64,000 nt of DNA from the human T2T-CHM13v2.0 reference genome, Homo sapiens (GCA_009914755.4 CP068257.2:44352001-44416000), one strand, 5' to 3'. Shown: positions 1 to 13,948, counted from the stretch's first letter. Numbers and translations: made by a program. The notes: generated from the letters alone by a model not told the origin.

Positions 1-179
1 TGCAGTGCAGCTCTCTGGGAGGCCCCCCAGGGCAGTGGTTTCCTGGCTCTGTGCTTCCTAGGATCCTGGAAGCCGACTGGGCTGGGGCTGGGGGGTGGAG
101 CCCCATGGGAGAAGGATCTCCTGCAGGAATGGCCTGGATGGGGGCTTGGGGGTGGACATGTGCCAGAGACACCTGGGTA

Positions 180-890
180 ACTTCAGGAGAGAGGAGGGAG
201 GGGGAGAGAGGAGGGAGGGGGAGGGGGGGGAGAGAGGAGGGAGGAGGAGAATAGGGGATGGGAGAGAGGAGGGAGACGGTGAAGGGGAGAGTAGGGAGCC
301 GGAGAGGAGAATGAGGTCAGGGGAGAAGAGGGAGGGGGAGATGAGGAAAGGGGGAGGGGAGCAAGTGTGAGAGGAGGGAGGGGGAAAGGAGGGAAGGGGG
401 AGAGGAGGGGACAGGAGAGAGGAAGAAGGGGGAGAGGAGTGAGTGTGAGAGGAGGGAGGGGGAGAGAGGGGAAAAGGGGGAGAGGAGGGAGGGGGAGAGG
501 AGGGAAGGGGGAGAGGAGTGAGCATGAGAGGAGGGAGGGGGAGAGAAGTGAGCGTGAGAGGAGGGAGGGGGAGAGGGGACAGGAGAGAGGAGGGAGGGAG
601 ACAGGAGTGAGCGTGAGAGGAGGGAGGGGGAGAGGAGTGAGGGTGAGAGGAGGGAGGGGGAGAGGAGTGAGCATGAGAGGAGGGAGGCGGAGAGGAGGGG
701 ACAGGAGAGAGGAGGGAGGGGGACAGGAGTGAGCGTGAGAGGAAGGAGGGGGAGAGGAGGGAAGAGGGAGAGGAGTGAGCATGAGAGGAGGGAGAGGGAG
801 AGGACTGAGCGTGAGAGGAGGGAGGGGGAGAGAAGAGAAAAGAGGGAGCAAAGGGGACAGGAGAGAGGAGGGGGGGAGCGGAGGGAGCTC
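180..890. repeat. Purine-rich (GA/GGA) low-complexity minisatellite, ~30-36 bp degenerate unit (GAGTGAGCGTGAGAGGAGGGAGGGGGAGAG-like)
   Basis: The + strand is almost exclusively G/A over ~700 bp. The sub-unit ...gagtgagcgtgagaggagggagggggagagg... recurs at ~440, 515, 545, 605, 640, 670, 725 and 770. Confidence 0.85.
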
Positions 891-1101
891 ACCCGCTGTG
901 GGTGGGGCAGGTTGTGGAAATCAGCCCCATGACAACAGTAAGCTCAGCCAGGACTGGGATTCAGGATGTTTTATTTTCATGCTTTATGTGGTTTTCATGT
1001 TCTCCCCGAGACATAAGCATCACTTACAATCAGAAAAGATCCCTGATGAAAGTGCATGAAGGAACACAAAGCAGGCGACTGCACGTCTATGAACACGCTC
1101 A

Positions 1102-1503
<402 letters not shown>

Positions 1504-2282
1504 CTAGATGTTGCTTTATGATTTTAAAAAATTCGCTATGATGAACATGTATCTTCTTCATAAGAGAAAGAGTCAAGTTTACTCTGAGTCATCATTGCAG
1601 ATTTCCTGTGAAGCAGAGGCACCTCTGGGCCCCACCCAGGCCTGGGACCGCCCTGAGCCTGAGCCCCTCACACAGTGCGGCCCCAGCCCTGCCTCGGAGA
1701 AGCCCAGGCCAGGATGAAGCCTGGGACCGGGGGAGGAGTCGGACCGCGGCCCTGGAGCTCAGGATGCTGCAGCCTGGGGTGTCGGCGTTATTCCCACGCA
1801 TCTCCACAGCTCCCGCCGCACCCACCCCGCGGACCTGCTGGTGGAGCCGGTGGTGTACTGTGAACTGACTTATGAAACCACCTCTGCAAGGCAAAACAGG
1901 CCATTGGCCACTGGGCCCCGTGAACCTGTCCCTGTGTGTCAGGGCGTCCGCATCTCTTCCATCTTACAGACCGTGTGTCAGCCACCTGCTGCTGTGTGCC
2001 TGTGGTGGGACCCTCACTGCAGGGAATGCTGCGTTCTTGGTGTTTGCTTACACAACGTGTTCCTATTTCCTTTCCCAAATCTGCAAGCACTCCTTGCAGA
2101 TAAAACAGCTCAGACTGGGAGAGGCCAAGAGAACACGGAGGTCCTGAAGCCCCCTGTGCTTGAGTCAGGAGCCCAGAGGCTGGTGCCACAGCTCCAAGCA
2201 GGCAGCACCAAACCTCAGCACCCACAGCCACAGTGTGGATGACATCAGTGGCAGGTAAATTGACTGTACAGTAAGTGTACAA

Positions 2283-2562
2283 GGCCAGGCACGGTGGCTC
2301 ATGCCTGTAATCCCAGCACTTTCGGAGGCCGAGGCAGGAGGACCACTTGAGTCCAGGAGTTCGAGACCAGCCTGGGCAACATCGTGAGACCCCCATCTCT
2401 ACAAAACATACAAAATTAGCTGGGTATGGTGGCACATGCCTGTGATCCCAGCTACTCGGGAGGCTGAGGTGGAGGGATCACCTGAACCCAGGAGACTGAG
2501 GCTGCAGTGAGCTGTGATGAGGCCACTACGTTCCAGCCTGGATGACAGAGTGAGCCCCTTAG
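2283..2562 (+). mobile_element. Alu SINE (+ orientation)
   Basis: ggccaggcacggtggctcatgcctgtaatcccagcactttcggaggccgaggcaggagg...ccagcctggatgacagagtgagcccc. Confidence 0.9.
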
Positions 2563-2610
2563 ATAATAATAATAATAAGGAGGAGGAGGAGGAGGAGGAG
2601 GAGGAAAAGA
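2563..2610. repeat. Simple repeats (AAT)n followed by (GGA)n at the Alu tail
   Basis: ataataataataataaggaggaggaggaggaggaggagga. Confidence 0.85.
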
Positions 2611-2913
2611 AGGAGAAGTACTTTACAACTTCTGTAACGTAGGTGTGGGGAAAATATTGAAGGCAATCCAAAAACAGTCACTGTGGAGTTGTGGAATTAA
2701 GTATCAATTTTAAAGGTTTTTTCAAATGTTTCTTTAACATGGTTTTTGGTATGAACAATTTGTGTACGTTTTAAAATTATAAGACATTTAGGCTGGTGTT
2801 AGGCAAGTCTCAGCAGCTCCAGCTTTGGGAAAGCTCTTCTGGGACCTTCTGTGGGCCAGGGATGCATCTGGCCACATCTGGAGCCCACCCCCAGGTGATA
2901 TCAGGGACAGCCC

Positions 2914-3541
2914 CTCTCTCCTCTCTCTGTCTCTCTTTCTGTCTCTCTGTCTCTGTCTCTCCGTCTCTGTCTGTCTCTCCTCTCTCTGTCTCTCTCTGTC
3001 TCTGTCTCTCTGTCTCTGTCTTTGTCTCTGTCTCTCCTCTCTCTGTGTCTCTGTCTCTGTCTCTCTCTCTGTCTCTCTCTGTCTCTGTCTCTCTCTGTCT
3101 CTCTCTGTCTGTCTCTGTCTCTCCTCTGTCTCTCTGTGTCTGTCTCTCTGTCTCTGTCTTTCTGTCTCTCTCTCACTGTCTCTCTCTCTCTGTCTCTGTC
3201 TCTCTCTGTGTCTCTGTGTCTCTCTGTCTCTGTCTCTCACTGTCTCTCTCTGTCTCTGTCTCTCTGTCTCTCTGTCTCTCTGTGTCTCTCTGTCTCTGTC
3301 TCTCTGTCTCTGTCTCTCCTCTGTCTCTCTGTGTCTCTCTCTGTCTTTCTGTCTCTCTGTCTCTGTCTCTGTCTCTCTCCCTGTCTCTGTCTCTCCTCTG
3401 TCTCTCTGTGTCTCTGTCTGTCTCTCTGTCTTTCTGTCTCTCTCTCTGTCTCTCTCTGTCTCTGTCTCTCTGTCTCTGTCTCTCCTCTGTCTGTGTCTCT
3501 GTCTGTCTCTCTGTCTCTGTCTCTCTGTCTCTCTCTCACTG

Positions 3542-3572
<31 letters not shown>

Positions 3573-3580
3573 GTCTCCAC
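2914..3580. repeat. (TCTCTGTC)n pyrimidine-rich microsatellite/low-complexity tract (~670 bp)
   Basis: Continuous ctctctgtctctctgtctctgtctctc... run. The ORFs it generates on both strands are artefacts. Confidence 0.9.
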
Positions 3581-3689
3581 ACACAGCATATATAACAACT
3601 ATATTGTGAGCAACTTTGTCTTCCCACGGTACAAACTGAAATATCTTTGGCAAATACGTATCCGACTATACTGTGAAGAAATATTGACG

Positions 3690-4529
<840 letters not shown>

Positions 4530-4886
4530 TGAACCCCACTCCCCGCTCGGGGCGGCTGCAGCGCCCAGCTCTGCCCCACCGGGCCTTGGCCGGGGCCCCT
4601 AGAGGCTCAGCATTCAGCATTCTCAGCGGGGCCGGACCGCAGGCAGCTCGGGAGGGGCTCCCTGGCGAGGGGGAGCTGGTGCGGGGCTGTCTCGGCGCCC
4701 CGTGAATCCGTTTGACCCCTCACCTGGCAGTGAGTCCAGACGCACGGCCCCCCACACCCCCGTTCTAGAAGAAGTCGTGCCGCTGCTGGTTCTGAATCCA
4801 GCGAGAAACCTTCCCGTGAGGTCTCACTTGTCCGGTCCCGTGCCGGGGACGCCCTGCCCTTCGGGGGAGGTTGTGAAGGTTTCTGA

Positions 4887-5231
<345 letters not shown>

Positions 5232-6661
5232 TAGGAGGGACGCCCCGTGACCTTCCTCCTGTGCTTCTGGGCCTCTTGGAGGGAGGGGTGGGGGCCCAGG
5301 GGAACACGGGTGCGACGGCCTCAACCTCCTAAGGTTGGGCGAGCGTTGCCCTGACCGGGGCCCCTCCCGGCGCCCTCCAGAGTGAGGCCGGGGCCCTTTC
5401 CGGCGCCCTCCAGAGTGAGCTGGTCTGAGCCTCTCCCAGCGCCTTCCAGAGTGAGCTGGTTTGAGACCCTGCTCGCGGGGGTGGCACCTGTTCAGCAGGG
5501 CCGAGGTGACAGTGAGGCTGAGATGTAGGGAAGAGAGGCTCCCGCAGGCTGACCGAGAGGGCTCAGCGCACTGGCCCAGACACGCAGTCCTGCCTGGTGC
5601 GCGGGAGCCCCTCACTAACCACCTGGACCCTGGTTTGTTCCGTGGGCAGTGAGAGCCTCTACCTGGGTCCTGGATCCCACGTTCTGAAGGTCCCCGACTC
5701 GGGAGCCGGGAGGGGTGTCGCTCTGCAGCCCCAGGGCCCCCAGGCTTGGTTCTGGGCTTGGGACACGGCACCCTCTGCTCCACGTTCCTCCATCTGTGCG
5801 TGTGGCTGAGGACAGACCGGGGGGAGAGGGGAGTCGGTCCTGTGGGTGCACAGGGCCGCTGAGGGGGGGGCATGTAGAACGGGGCTCCCCCACTGAGACG
5901 GGTCCTGGCAGTGGGGACACAGCTTAGCCGGCGTAGGAACCCCCGTCCTCCTTGACCCTGCTGACTGGCCGCTGGGCCGGAGCCTCCTGCCACCAGAAGG
6001 GGCACAGTCAGAGGCTGCCGGTAACAGCAGGGTGGACCTTCCAGCCCACACCGTGCCCAGCAGGAGCCATTGGTACCAGGAACCCTGAGCTTAGTGGACA
6101 TGGCCAGGCCCGTGCGGCAGTGTTTGGGGGGGGGTCTGGCTGTGGATGGCACCGGGGAGGGGCGGCCGCGTGGCCCAGCGTCCCCCGAGTCGCCCTTGTT
6201 GCCTTTACTCAGTCTCCCCATGACTCAGTTTCCCACCTGTGAAATGGGGCGGAGTCATCCCCATGTCGCTGCCACTGGATTCCTGCAGGCGCCGTGGTCA
6301 CTCTGCTGAATGGATGGGAGGGTGGGTGGGGCAGAGGTGGGCCCACCCCAGGCTGGGGCAGAGCAGACCCCTGAGAGCCTCAGGCTCAGGTGCTCAGAGG
6401 GCAGCGAGGGGGCTGCTCAGATCCCCGGGGTGCCTCCTTCCCCCACTGTCATGCTGCCCCACTGCAGGCCCAAGGACCCCACCCCAGCAGGGCCACACAC
6501 TCAGGGCTCCTGGTCTGAGGGCCTGAGGGATCGGGGCGCAGGTCGCTTGCTGGCCACACCCGCCTGCACAGCCTTCCAGGAGGGCCGGCCTCAGGGCCAC
6601 AGGGCAAGTCCAGCTGTGTGTCAGCCACGGCCAGGGTGGGGCAGCCTGTCCATCTGGGTGA

Positions 6662-6937
<276 letters not shown>

Positions 6938-7087
6938 TGAGTGGCCCCCGGCCTCCTGCCCACGCCAGTTCTCACGCGTGGTACCCAGCCTGGGCTGGGG
7001 TTGGCCTGGGGTCCCTGTGCGGCTTCAGCTGCAGCCTCCCTGTTCTCTTGGAGGCTGCACGGCCTCCCTGACCCACTTTGTGGGCAG

Positions 7088-7144
7088 GAAAGAGACGGAG
7101 ACAGACAGAGACAGAGAGAAACAGAAACAGGGAGAAACAGACAC

Positions 7145-7176
<32 letters not shown>

Positions 7177-7928
7177 AGAGACAGAGACAGAGAGAGACAG
7201 AGACAAAGAGTGACAGAGGGACCAAGACAGGCAGACAGAGACAAACAGAGACAGAGACAGAGACACAGAGAGAGACACAGAGAGACAGAGACGGGAACAG
7301 AGACAGGCAGACAGAGACAGAGAGAGACAGAGACAGAAACAGAGACAGAGGGACAGAGACAGGCAGAGAGAGACAGAGAGACAGAGACAGAGACAGACAA
7401 ACAGAGACAGAGAGACAGAAACAGGGACAGAGACAGAAAGAGAGAGAGACAGAGGGAAACAGAGAGAGACAGAGACAGATAGAAAAAGACAGAGGCAGAG
7501 AGAAGCAGAGACAGAGAAACAAAGACAGTCAGAGACAGACAGAGACAGAGACAGAAACAGAGACAGAGAGACAGAGACAGAGGGGCAGAGACAGGCAGAC
7601 AGAGAGACAGAGACAGAGACAGCGAAACAGAGACAGAAACATACAGAGACAGAGAGAAGCAGAGACAGACAGAGGCAGAGAGACAGAGAGAAGCAGAGAC
7701 AGGGACAGAGACAGAGACAGAAATAGAGAGATAGAGACAGAGGGACAGAGACAGAGAGATAGAGACAGAGAGGGAGACAGAGAGATAGAAGCAGAGAGAG
7801 AGAGACAAAGACAGAGGCAGAGAGACAGAGAGAGAAGCACAGACAGAGACAGACAGAGAGACAGGGACAGACAGAGACAGAGAGACCGGAAACAGAGGCA
7901 GAGAGACTGAGAGACTGAGAGAGACGGG
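7088..7928. repeat. (GAGACAGA)n purine-rich microsatellite in intron 3 (~840 bp), reverse complement of the 2914-3580 tract
   Basis: gagacagacagagacagagagaaacagaaacagggagaaacagacacagagagagacagagacagagacagag... The 278-355 aa ORFs it generates are artefacts. Confidence 0.9.
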
Positions 7929-8850
7929 GTGGTTTTCCCCACAGCATCAACACCAAGCAGGGCTAGGATCACTGAAACAGACTCATCAGACCCGAAGCAC
8001 GCGCTTTCTCGGGGTTTTTCTGGACTGAGGGGTTTCCTCTCATCCCAGTGTCCAGCTGTGGGGACGCAGGGGCCGCAAGCCCCGGAGTGTCCAGAGGGGA
8101 ACGTGGCCTCCCCACACCCAGCCCTTCACGAGGCCTCAGGATCCCAGTAGGGGTACCCGAGGCTGCCCTGTCCAGCCAGGCGGTGCGGGGGGTTTGGGGA
8201 GAGCCTCTCCCCGAGGTCGGTCTCAGAGGGCCACATGGCCGGTGTGGGCCGGACATTCCCTTTCCAATGGTTGTGCCCACTTCCCTCCAGAGTTGGTGCC
8301 AAGCTGGGACCTGGGGGACTTGGAGTCTCAGGAAGTCGTCCGCTGTCTGCAGGGGGTGCATGGGGGATGTGGCCACACACGTCAGAGTGCGGCCCCCTGT
8401 GGAAGCCACAGACAGACACGACTCCCCTAAATGAGCTCGCCCTTCTGGCCGAGATGCTCAGCGTCCCCAGCAGGCTGCCCGACTGCCCTGCGATACTGCC
8501 CTCCTTCCTGCTGCTCCCACTTTCCCTTTCGGGGGGTTGGATTTGGGGCATTCAGGGATCGCCCTGTTGTTTGCTCATCACACCCATTTCCTGCAAGAGC
8601 CACGGTGACCGAGCAGCCTTGAGTTGAGGCAGCTTGTGGGTAGACGCGGCGGGCATCTCGGAGGGGCACGCTCCCTGCCACCCTCAGCCTCCACTCACTG
8701 GTCAGGGGCTTTGCGCCCCAGGGCACCCCAGGAACCGAGCCTCCTTTGGGGTCATGGGTGCCTCTCCTGGGAGGGCGTGGATTTTCCAAAGCAGTTTAGA
8801 GAAATGAGACCCACAGGCGTTATTTCCCATGGTGAGGTTCTTTTCAGTAA

Positions 8851-9640
<790 letters not shown>

Positions 9641-9963
9641 GTAAGAGCCCTCCCCACCACCCCCAGCCGTGAGTCTGCACACGTCCACCCACACGTCCAC
9701 CTGTGTGTTCAGGACGCATGTCCCTATGCATATCCGCCCATGTGCCCGGGACACATGTCCCCTGCGTGTCTGCCCGTGTGCCCGGGATGTGTGTCCCCCT
9801 GCGTGTCCACCTGTGTGTCTGCCCATGTGCCTGGGACATGTGTCCGCCTGTGCGTCCATCCGTGTGTCCGTCTGCCCATGTGCCTGGGTCGCATGTCACC
9901 CTGTGTCCCAGCCGTATGTCCGTGGCTTTCCCACTGACTCGTCTCTATGCTTTCCCCCCACAG

Positions 9964-9984
9964 TGCTGCTCCTTCGAATGCCAG
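9964..9984 (+). CDS. COL6A1: COL6A1 exon 7, 21-nt micro-exon (CCSFECQ), Cys-rich junction before the triple helix
   Basis: Acceptor tttccccccaCAG|tgctgc, donor tgccag|GTGAGT. Confidence 0.88.
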
Positions 9985-10074
9985 GTGAGTGTGCCCCCCG
10001 ACCCCTGACCCCGCGCCCTGCACCCTGGGAACCTGAGTCTGGGGTCCTGGCTGACCGTCCCCTCTGCCTTGCAG

Positions 10075-10119
10075 CCTGCAAGAGGACCTCCGGGGCTCCG
10101 GGGCGACCCCGGCTTTGAG
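10075..10119 (+). CDS. COL6A1: COL6A1 exon 8: start of collagenous domain (PARGPPGLRGDPGFE), contains an RGD motif
   Basis: Acceptor ctctgccttgcAG|cctgca, donor tttgag|GTGAGT. 45 nt. Confidence 0.9.
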
Positions 10120-10214
10120 GTGAGTGGTGACTCCTGCTCCTCCCATGTGTTGTGGGGCCTGGGAGTGGGGGTGGCAGGACCAAAGCCTCCTGGGCACCCA
10201 AGTCCACCATGAGG

Positions 10215-11528
10215 ATCCAGAGGGGACGGCGGGGGTCCAGATGGAGGGGACGGCGGGGGTCCAGATGGAGGGGACGGCGGGAGTCCAGATGGAGGGGACG
10301 GCGGGGTCCAGATGGAGGGGACGGCGGGGTCCAGATGGAGGGGACGGCGGGGTCCAGATGGAGGGGACGGCGGGGTCCAGATGGAGGGGACGGCGGGAGT
10401 CCAGATGGAGGGGACGGCGGGGTCCAGATGGAGGGGACGGCGGGGTCCAGATGGAGGGGACGGCGGGGTCCAGATGGAGGGGACGGCGGGAGTCCAGATG
10501 GAGGGGACGGCGGGGTCCAGATGGAGGGGACGGCGGGGTCCAGATGGAGGGGACGGCGGGGTCCAGATGGAGGGGACGGCGGGGTCCAGATGGAGGGGAC
10601 GGCGGGGCTCCAGATGGAGGGGACGGCGGGGGTCCAGATGGAGGGGACGGCGGGGTCCAGATGGAGGGGACGGCGGGGTCCAGATGGAGGGGACGGCGGG
10701 GTCCAGATGGAGGGGACGGCGGGAGTCCAGATGGAGGGGACGGCGGGGTCCAGATGGAGGGGACGGCGGGGTCCAGATGGAGGGGACGGCGGGGTCCAGA
10801 TGGAGGGGACGGCGGGGTCCAGATGGAGGGGACGGCGGGGGTCCAGATGGAGGGGACGGCGGGGGTCCAGATGGAGGGGACGGCGGGAGTCCAGATGGAG
10901 GGGACGGCGGGGTCCAGATGGAGGGGACGGCGGGGTCCAGATGGAGGGGACGGCGGGGTCCAGATGGAGGGGACGGCGGGGTCCAGATGGAGGGGACGGC
11001 GGGGCTCCAGATGGAGGGGACGGCGGGGGTCCAGATGGAGGGGACGGCGGGGCTCCAGATGGAGGGGACGGCGGGGGTCCAGATGGAGGGGACGGCGGGG
11101 TCCAGATGGAGGGGACGGCGGGAGTCCAGATGGAGGGGACGGCGGGGACGGCGGGGTCCAGATGGAGGGGACGGCGGGGTCCAGATGGAGGGGACGGCGG
11201 GAGTCCAGATGGAGGGGACGGCGGGGACGGCGGGGTCCAGATGGAGGGGATGGCGGGGTCCAGATGGAGGGGACGGCGTGGTCCAGATGGAGGGGACGGC
11301 GGGGTCCAGATGGAGGGGACGGCGGGAGTCCAGATGGAGGGGACGGCGGGGTCCAGATGGAGGGGACGGCGGGGGTCCAGATGGAGGGGACGGCGGGGAC
11401 GGCGGGGTCCAGATGGAGGGGATGGCGGGGTCCAGATGGAGGGGACGGCGTGGTCCAGATGAAGGGGACGGCGGGGTCCAGATGGAGGGGATGGCGGGGT
11501 CCAGATGGAAGGGACGGCGGGGTCCAGC
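10215..11528. repeat. Minisatellite/VNTR in intron 8: ~55 copies of the 24-bp unit GGGGACGGCGGGGTCCAGATGGAG
   Basis: Near-perfect head-to-tail repetition with variants (ggcgggagtcc, ggcggggctcc). It produces 400-675 aa pseudo-ORFs on both strands. Confidence 0.93.
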
Positions 11529-12112
11529 AGGCAGGCTCCGGCCGTGCAGGGTGTGGACTGTCCCGGGGGCGCTGGGGGCTTCTGAGGGTGTCTCTGTCCG
11601 CCCTGCCCTCAGCCGCACTCTGTTCAGAAGGACCTTTCTGGAGGTAGGAGGGTGAGAATGTGGGTCCCCTGCTTCTGTGTGGCTCACATAGGATGACCTT
11701 AAACGTTAGAATTAGCTGCTGATAATTAAAACTTGCCATGAGGCTGCTCATGGACCTCAGATTTCTGGCTTCTCCTAAAAACCATCAAACCCAGCAGCTG
11801 TGGGCCCGAGTCCCATGGCCATTTCCTGGGGGTCGAGCTGTGACCCTGGGGGGCTTCTGTGCTGCACGTCCCTCCCACCTGTGCCTGGGGGTCAGCAAAG
11901 CCGAGCAGACAGGAACGAAGGCAGGGAGTGGGGGGAGCTGGCGTGCGGGTTGGAGCTCCCAGACCCAGGCTGACCAGATGTGATGGGGAAGGTGCTTTAA
12001 AGCCCTTGATCCCTGAAGGCTGGATGAAGCGTCTTTTTAAAAACCTGTTTCGTGAGCCAGCTTTTTAGAAAGAAACGGGGCTGCCCCAACCTTGACCTGT
12101 TTTGTGTTCCAG

Positions 12113-12166
12113 GGAGAACGAGGCAAGCCGGGGCTCCCAGGAGAGAAGGGAGAAGCCGGAGATCCT
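12113..12166 (+). CDS. COL6A1: COL6A1 exon 9, triple helix (GERGKPGLPGEKGEAGDP), 54 nt
   Basis: Acceptor tttgtgttccAG|ggagaa, donor gatcct|GTGAGT. Confidence 0.9.
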
Positions 12167-12636
12167 GTGAGTGCCTGACTGTGGGGTGGGGGCCCTAAGA
12201 AGCTGGAGGCGGGGAACGACTAGGCCTCGGAAACTTCCGGAAGAGTGGCTGGGTTCTGAGTGCCAAAGTCACACTGCCTGTTCCTTGTGGGTGGGAGCAG
12301 ACCTGGAGGGGCCACAGCCCAGCCATCCTTCCACACAGCCCCCCAGGCAGCCCGTAAGCCCCCCTGCCAGGGAGGGGCTGGGTGGGGAGGTGGCCCAGGG
12401 TGCTCAGGCCGGCACCGTCCGGGGCCCCTGCCGTGGCTCCTTGGCCCAAATCCTATCCATAGACTTCCCTCCCCCAGCTCCACCTTGGAGGGCCTCGGCA
12501 CCATGGGCCCCGTGCAGCAGGGCCCCTCTCTCGGCCTGACCAGGCCTGGGCTGGAGGGAGGGGTGTGGGGCTGGGTGGGACTGGCCCCTGCCCCTGCTCC
12601 TCCGGGGGTGTCTCACCGTCTCCTCCTGTGTTCCAG

Positions 12637-12681
12637 GGAAGACCCGGGGACCTCGGACCTGTTGGGTACCAGGGAATGAAG
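12637..12681 (+). CDS. COL6A1: COL6A1 exon 10, triple helix (GRPGDLGPVGYQGMK), 45 nt
   Basis: Acceptor ctcctgtgttccAG|ggaaga, donor atgaag|GTACGT. Confidence 0.9.
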
Positions 12682-12780
12682 GTACGTGCCCCCCCTTTCC
12701 TGGCCCGAGCCCGGTGGTGCCCTCAGCCTTGCACAGCACTAACAAGCCTTCCTCTTCCTCTTCTTCCGCTGGGTGTGTAG

Positions 12781-12807
12781 GGAGAAAAAGGGAGCCGTGG
12801 GGAGAAG
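12781..12807 (+). CDS. COL6A1: COL6A1 exon 11, triple helix (GEKGSRGEK), 27 nt
   Basis: Acceptor ctgggtgtgtAG|ggagaa, donor gagaag|GTGAGT. Confidence 0.88.
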
Positions 12808-13252
12808 GTGAGTGAGGCTCGACCTCGGAGCTGGTCTCTCCAGGCGCAGATGTGCCATCCTGGACGAGGGTGTCCCCGGGGATGAGGACAGTGTCCCTGA
12901 CAGGAGACCACGTGTCCTGCAGACCCGCTCCACCGCCCCTCGCCGTCCCCTCCATCTGGAAGGACAAGGACAGCCACCCAGGCACCCAGCAAAGGCGCCT
13001 GTGTCACTTTCACCCCACCCCAGAGCAGGGGTCCCCCGGGCGGTTACCCTCTGCGGAGCCGGGGGTCCCCCGGGCGGTTACCCTCTGCAGAGCGGCCCCT
13101 CCCCATCACTGTCAGTCCCCATGATTCTCAGCAGTGATGTTGTCCCCTCGGGTTGGGGGCACCCAAGCCCCTGCCTCGCGTGGGCCTAAGCCAGGCTTGC
13201 CCTGCCCTCCCCACCCCAAATACCCCCTCACACCCGCTTCCTGTCTCCGCAG

Positions 13253-13279
13253 GGCTCCAGGGGACCCAAGGGCTACAAG
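13253..13279 (+). CDS. COL6A1: COL6A1 exon 12, triple helix (GSRGPKGYK), 27 nt
   Basis: Acceptor cctgtctccgcAG|ggctcc, donor tacaag|GTGAGC. Confidence 0.88.
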
Positions 13280-13372
13280 GTGAGCGTGGGCTGCTGGGAG
13301 GGGGGAGTTCTGCCCCCACGGCAGCATGTCTGACCTGCATCTGACTCCTGCCTTCGTTTTCCCGCCTCACAG

Positions 13373-13417
13373 GGAGAGAAGGGCAAGCGTGGCATCGACG
13401 GGGTGGACGGCGTGAAG
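13373..13417 (+). CDS. COL6A1: COL6A1 exon 13, triple helix (GEKGKRGIDGVDGVK), 45 nt
   Basis: Acceptor ttttcccgcctcacAG|ggagag, donor gtgaag|GTGACT. Confidence 0.9.
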
Positions 13418-13840
13418 GTGACTGGGGGGAGATAGGATGGACGGGGAGGGACGAGGAGGGACGGGGAGGGATGGGGTGGACAGCGTGAAGGTGACCGGGG
13501 AGGGATGGGGTGGACAGTGTGAAGGTGACCAGGGGAAGGACGGGGAGGGATGGGGCGAGATGGGGAGGGACGGAGTGGACGGCGTGAAGGTGACCCGGGG
13601 AGGGATGGGGTGGACAGTGTGAAGGTGACCAGGGGAAGGACGGGGAGGGACGGGGAGGGATGGGGCGAGATGGGGAGGGACGGAGTGGACGGCGTGAAGG
13701 TGACCCGGGGAGGGATGGGGTGGACAGTGTGAAGGTGACCAGGGGAAGGACGGGGAGGGACGGGGAGGGATGGGGTGAGGTGATCCCGGCAGGAGGGACA
13801 GGGAGGAGTGGGGTGGACGGTGTGAAGGTGACCCCAGGGG
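13400..13840. repeat. Tandem repeat (~110-bp higher-order unit) in intron 13 derived from the exon 13 3' end and donor: repeated GGTGGACRGYGTGAAG|GTGACC copies
   Basis: The exon 13 end ggggtggacggcgtgaagGTGAC recurs about 8 times (13484, 13519, 13585, 13618, 13695, 13728, 13818...), each time with the GTGAC donor-like junction. Confidence 0.85.
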
Positions 13841-13948
13841 GGTGTCTGCTAGGCAGGGCTTTCCAGGGAGGGTGTGGAGGGCATGGAGGGCACCAAGTCT
13901 GACAGGTGATTGGCCTCAGTTTACCCACTTGGCCGTCAGATTTTCTAG

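Noticed and set aside
10215-11528. Regularly spaced direct repeats that superficially resemble a CRISPR array (also applies to 29303-29820, 56363-56925 and 57915-58640)
   Set aside because: The repeats are contiguous head-to-tail with no unique spacers between them, and the repeat units are 24-56 bp. The context is unmistakably human genomic DNA (Alu, L1, spliced collagen gene). These are minisatellites, not CRISPR.
9724-11751. Very long ORFs on both strands (675 aa and 580 aa minus; 507, 447 and 436 aa plus) that look like a proline/glycine-rich protein-coding gene
   Set aside because: They coincide exactly with the 24-bp intron 8 minisatellite. The 'proteins' are strictly periodic with an 8-residue repeat, reflecting the 24-bp DNA period. 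Plus and minus strands are equally 'coding', which is typical of repeat artefacts. The region lies inside a COL6A1 intron flanked by verified exons 8 and 9.
13437-13902. Cluster of small plus-strand ORFs (MDGEGRGGTGRDGVDSVKVTGEGWGG... 60-80 aa) that resemble extra collagen-like exons
   Set aside because: They are translations of the intron 13 repeat derived from the exon 13 end. They lack splice acceptors in phase with the helix, and including them would break the otherwise exact 336-residue helix count.
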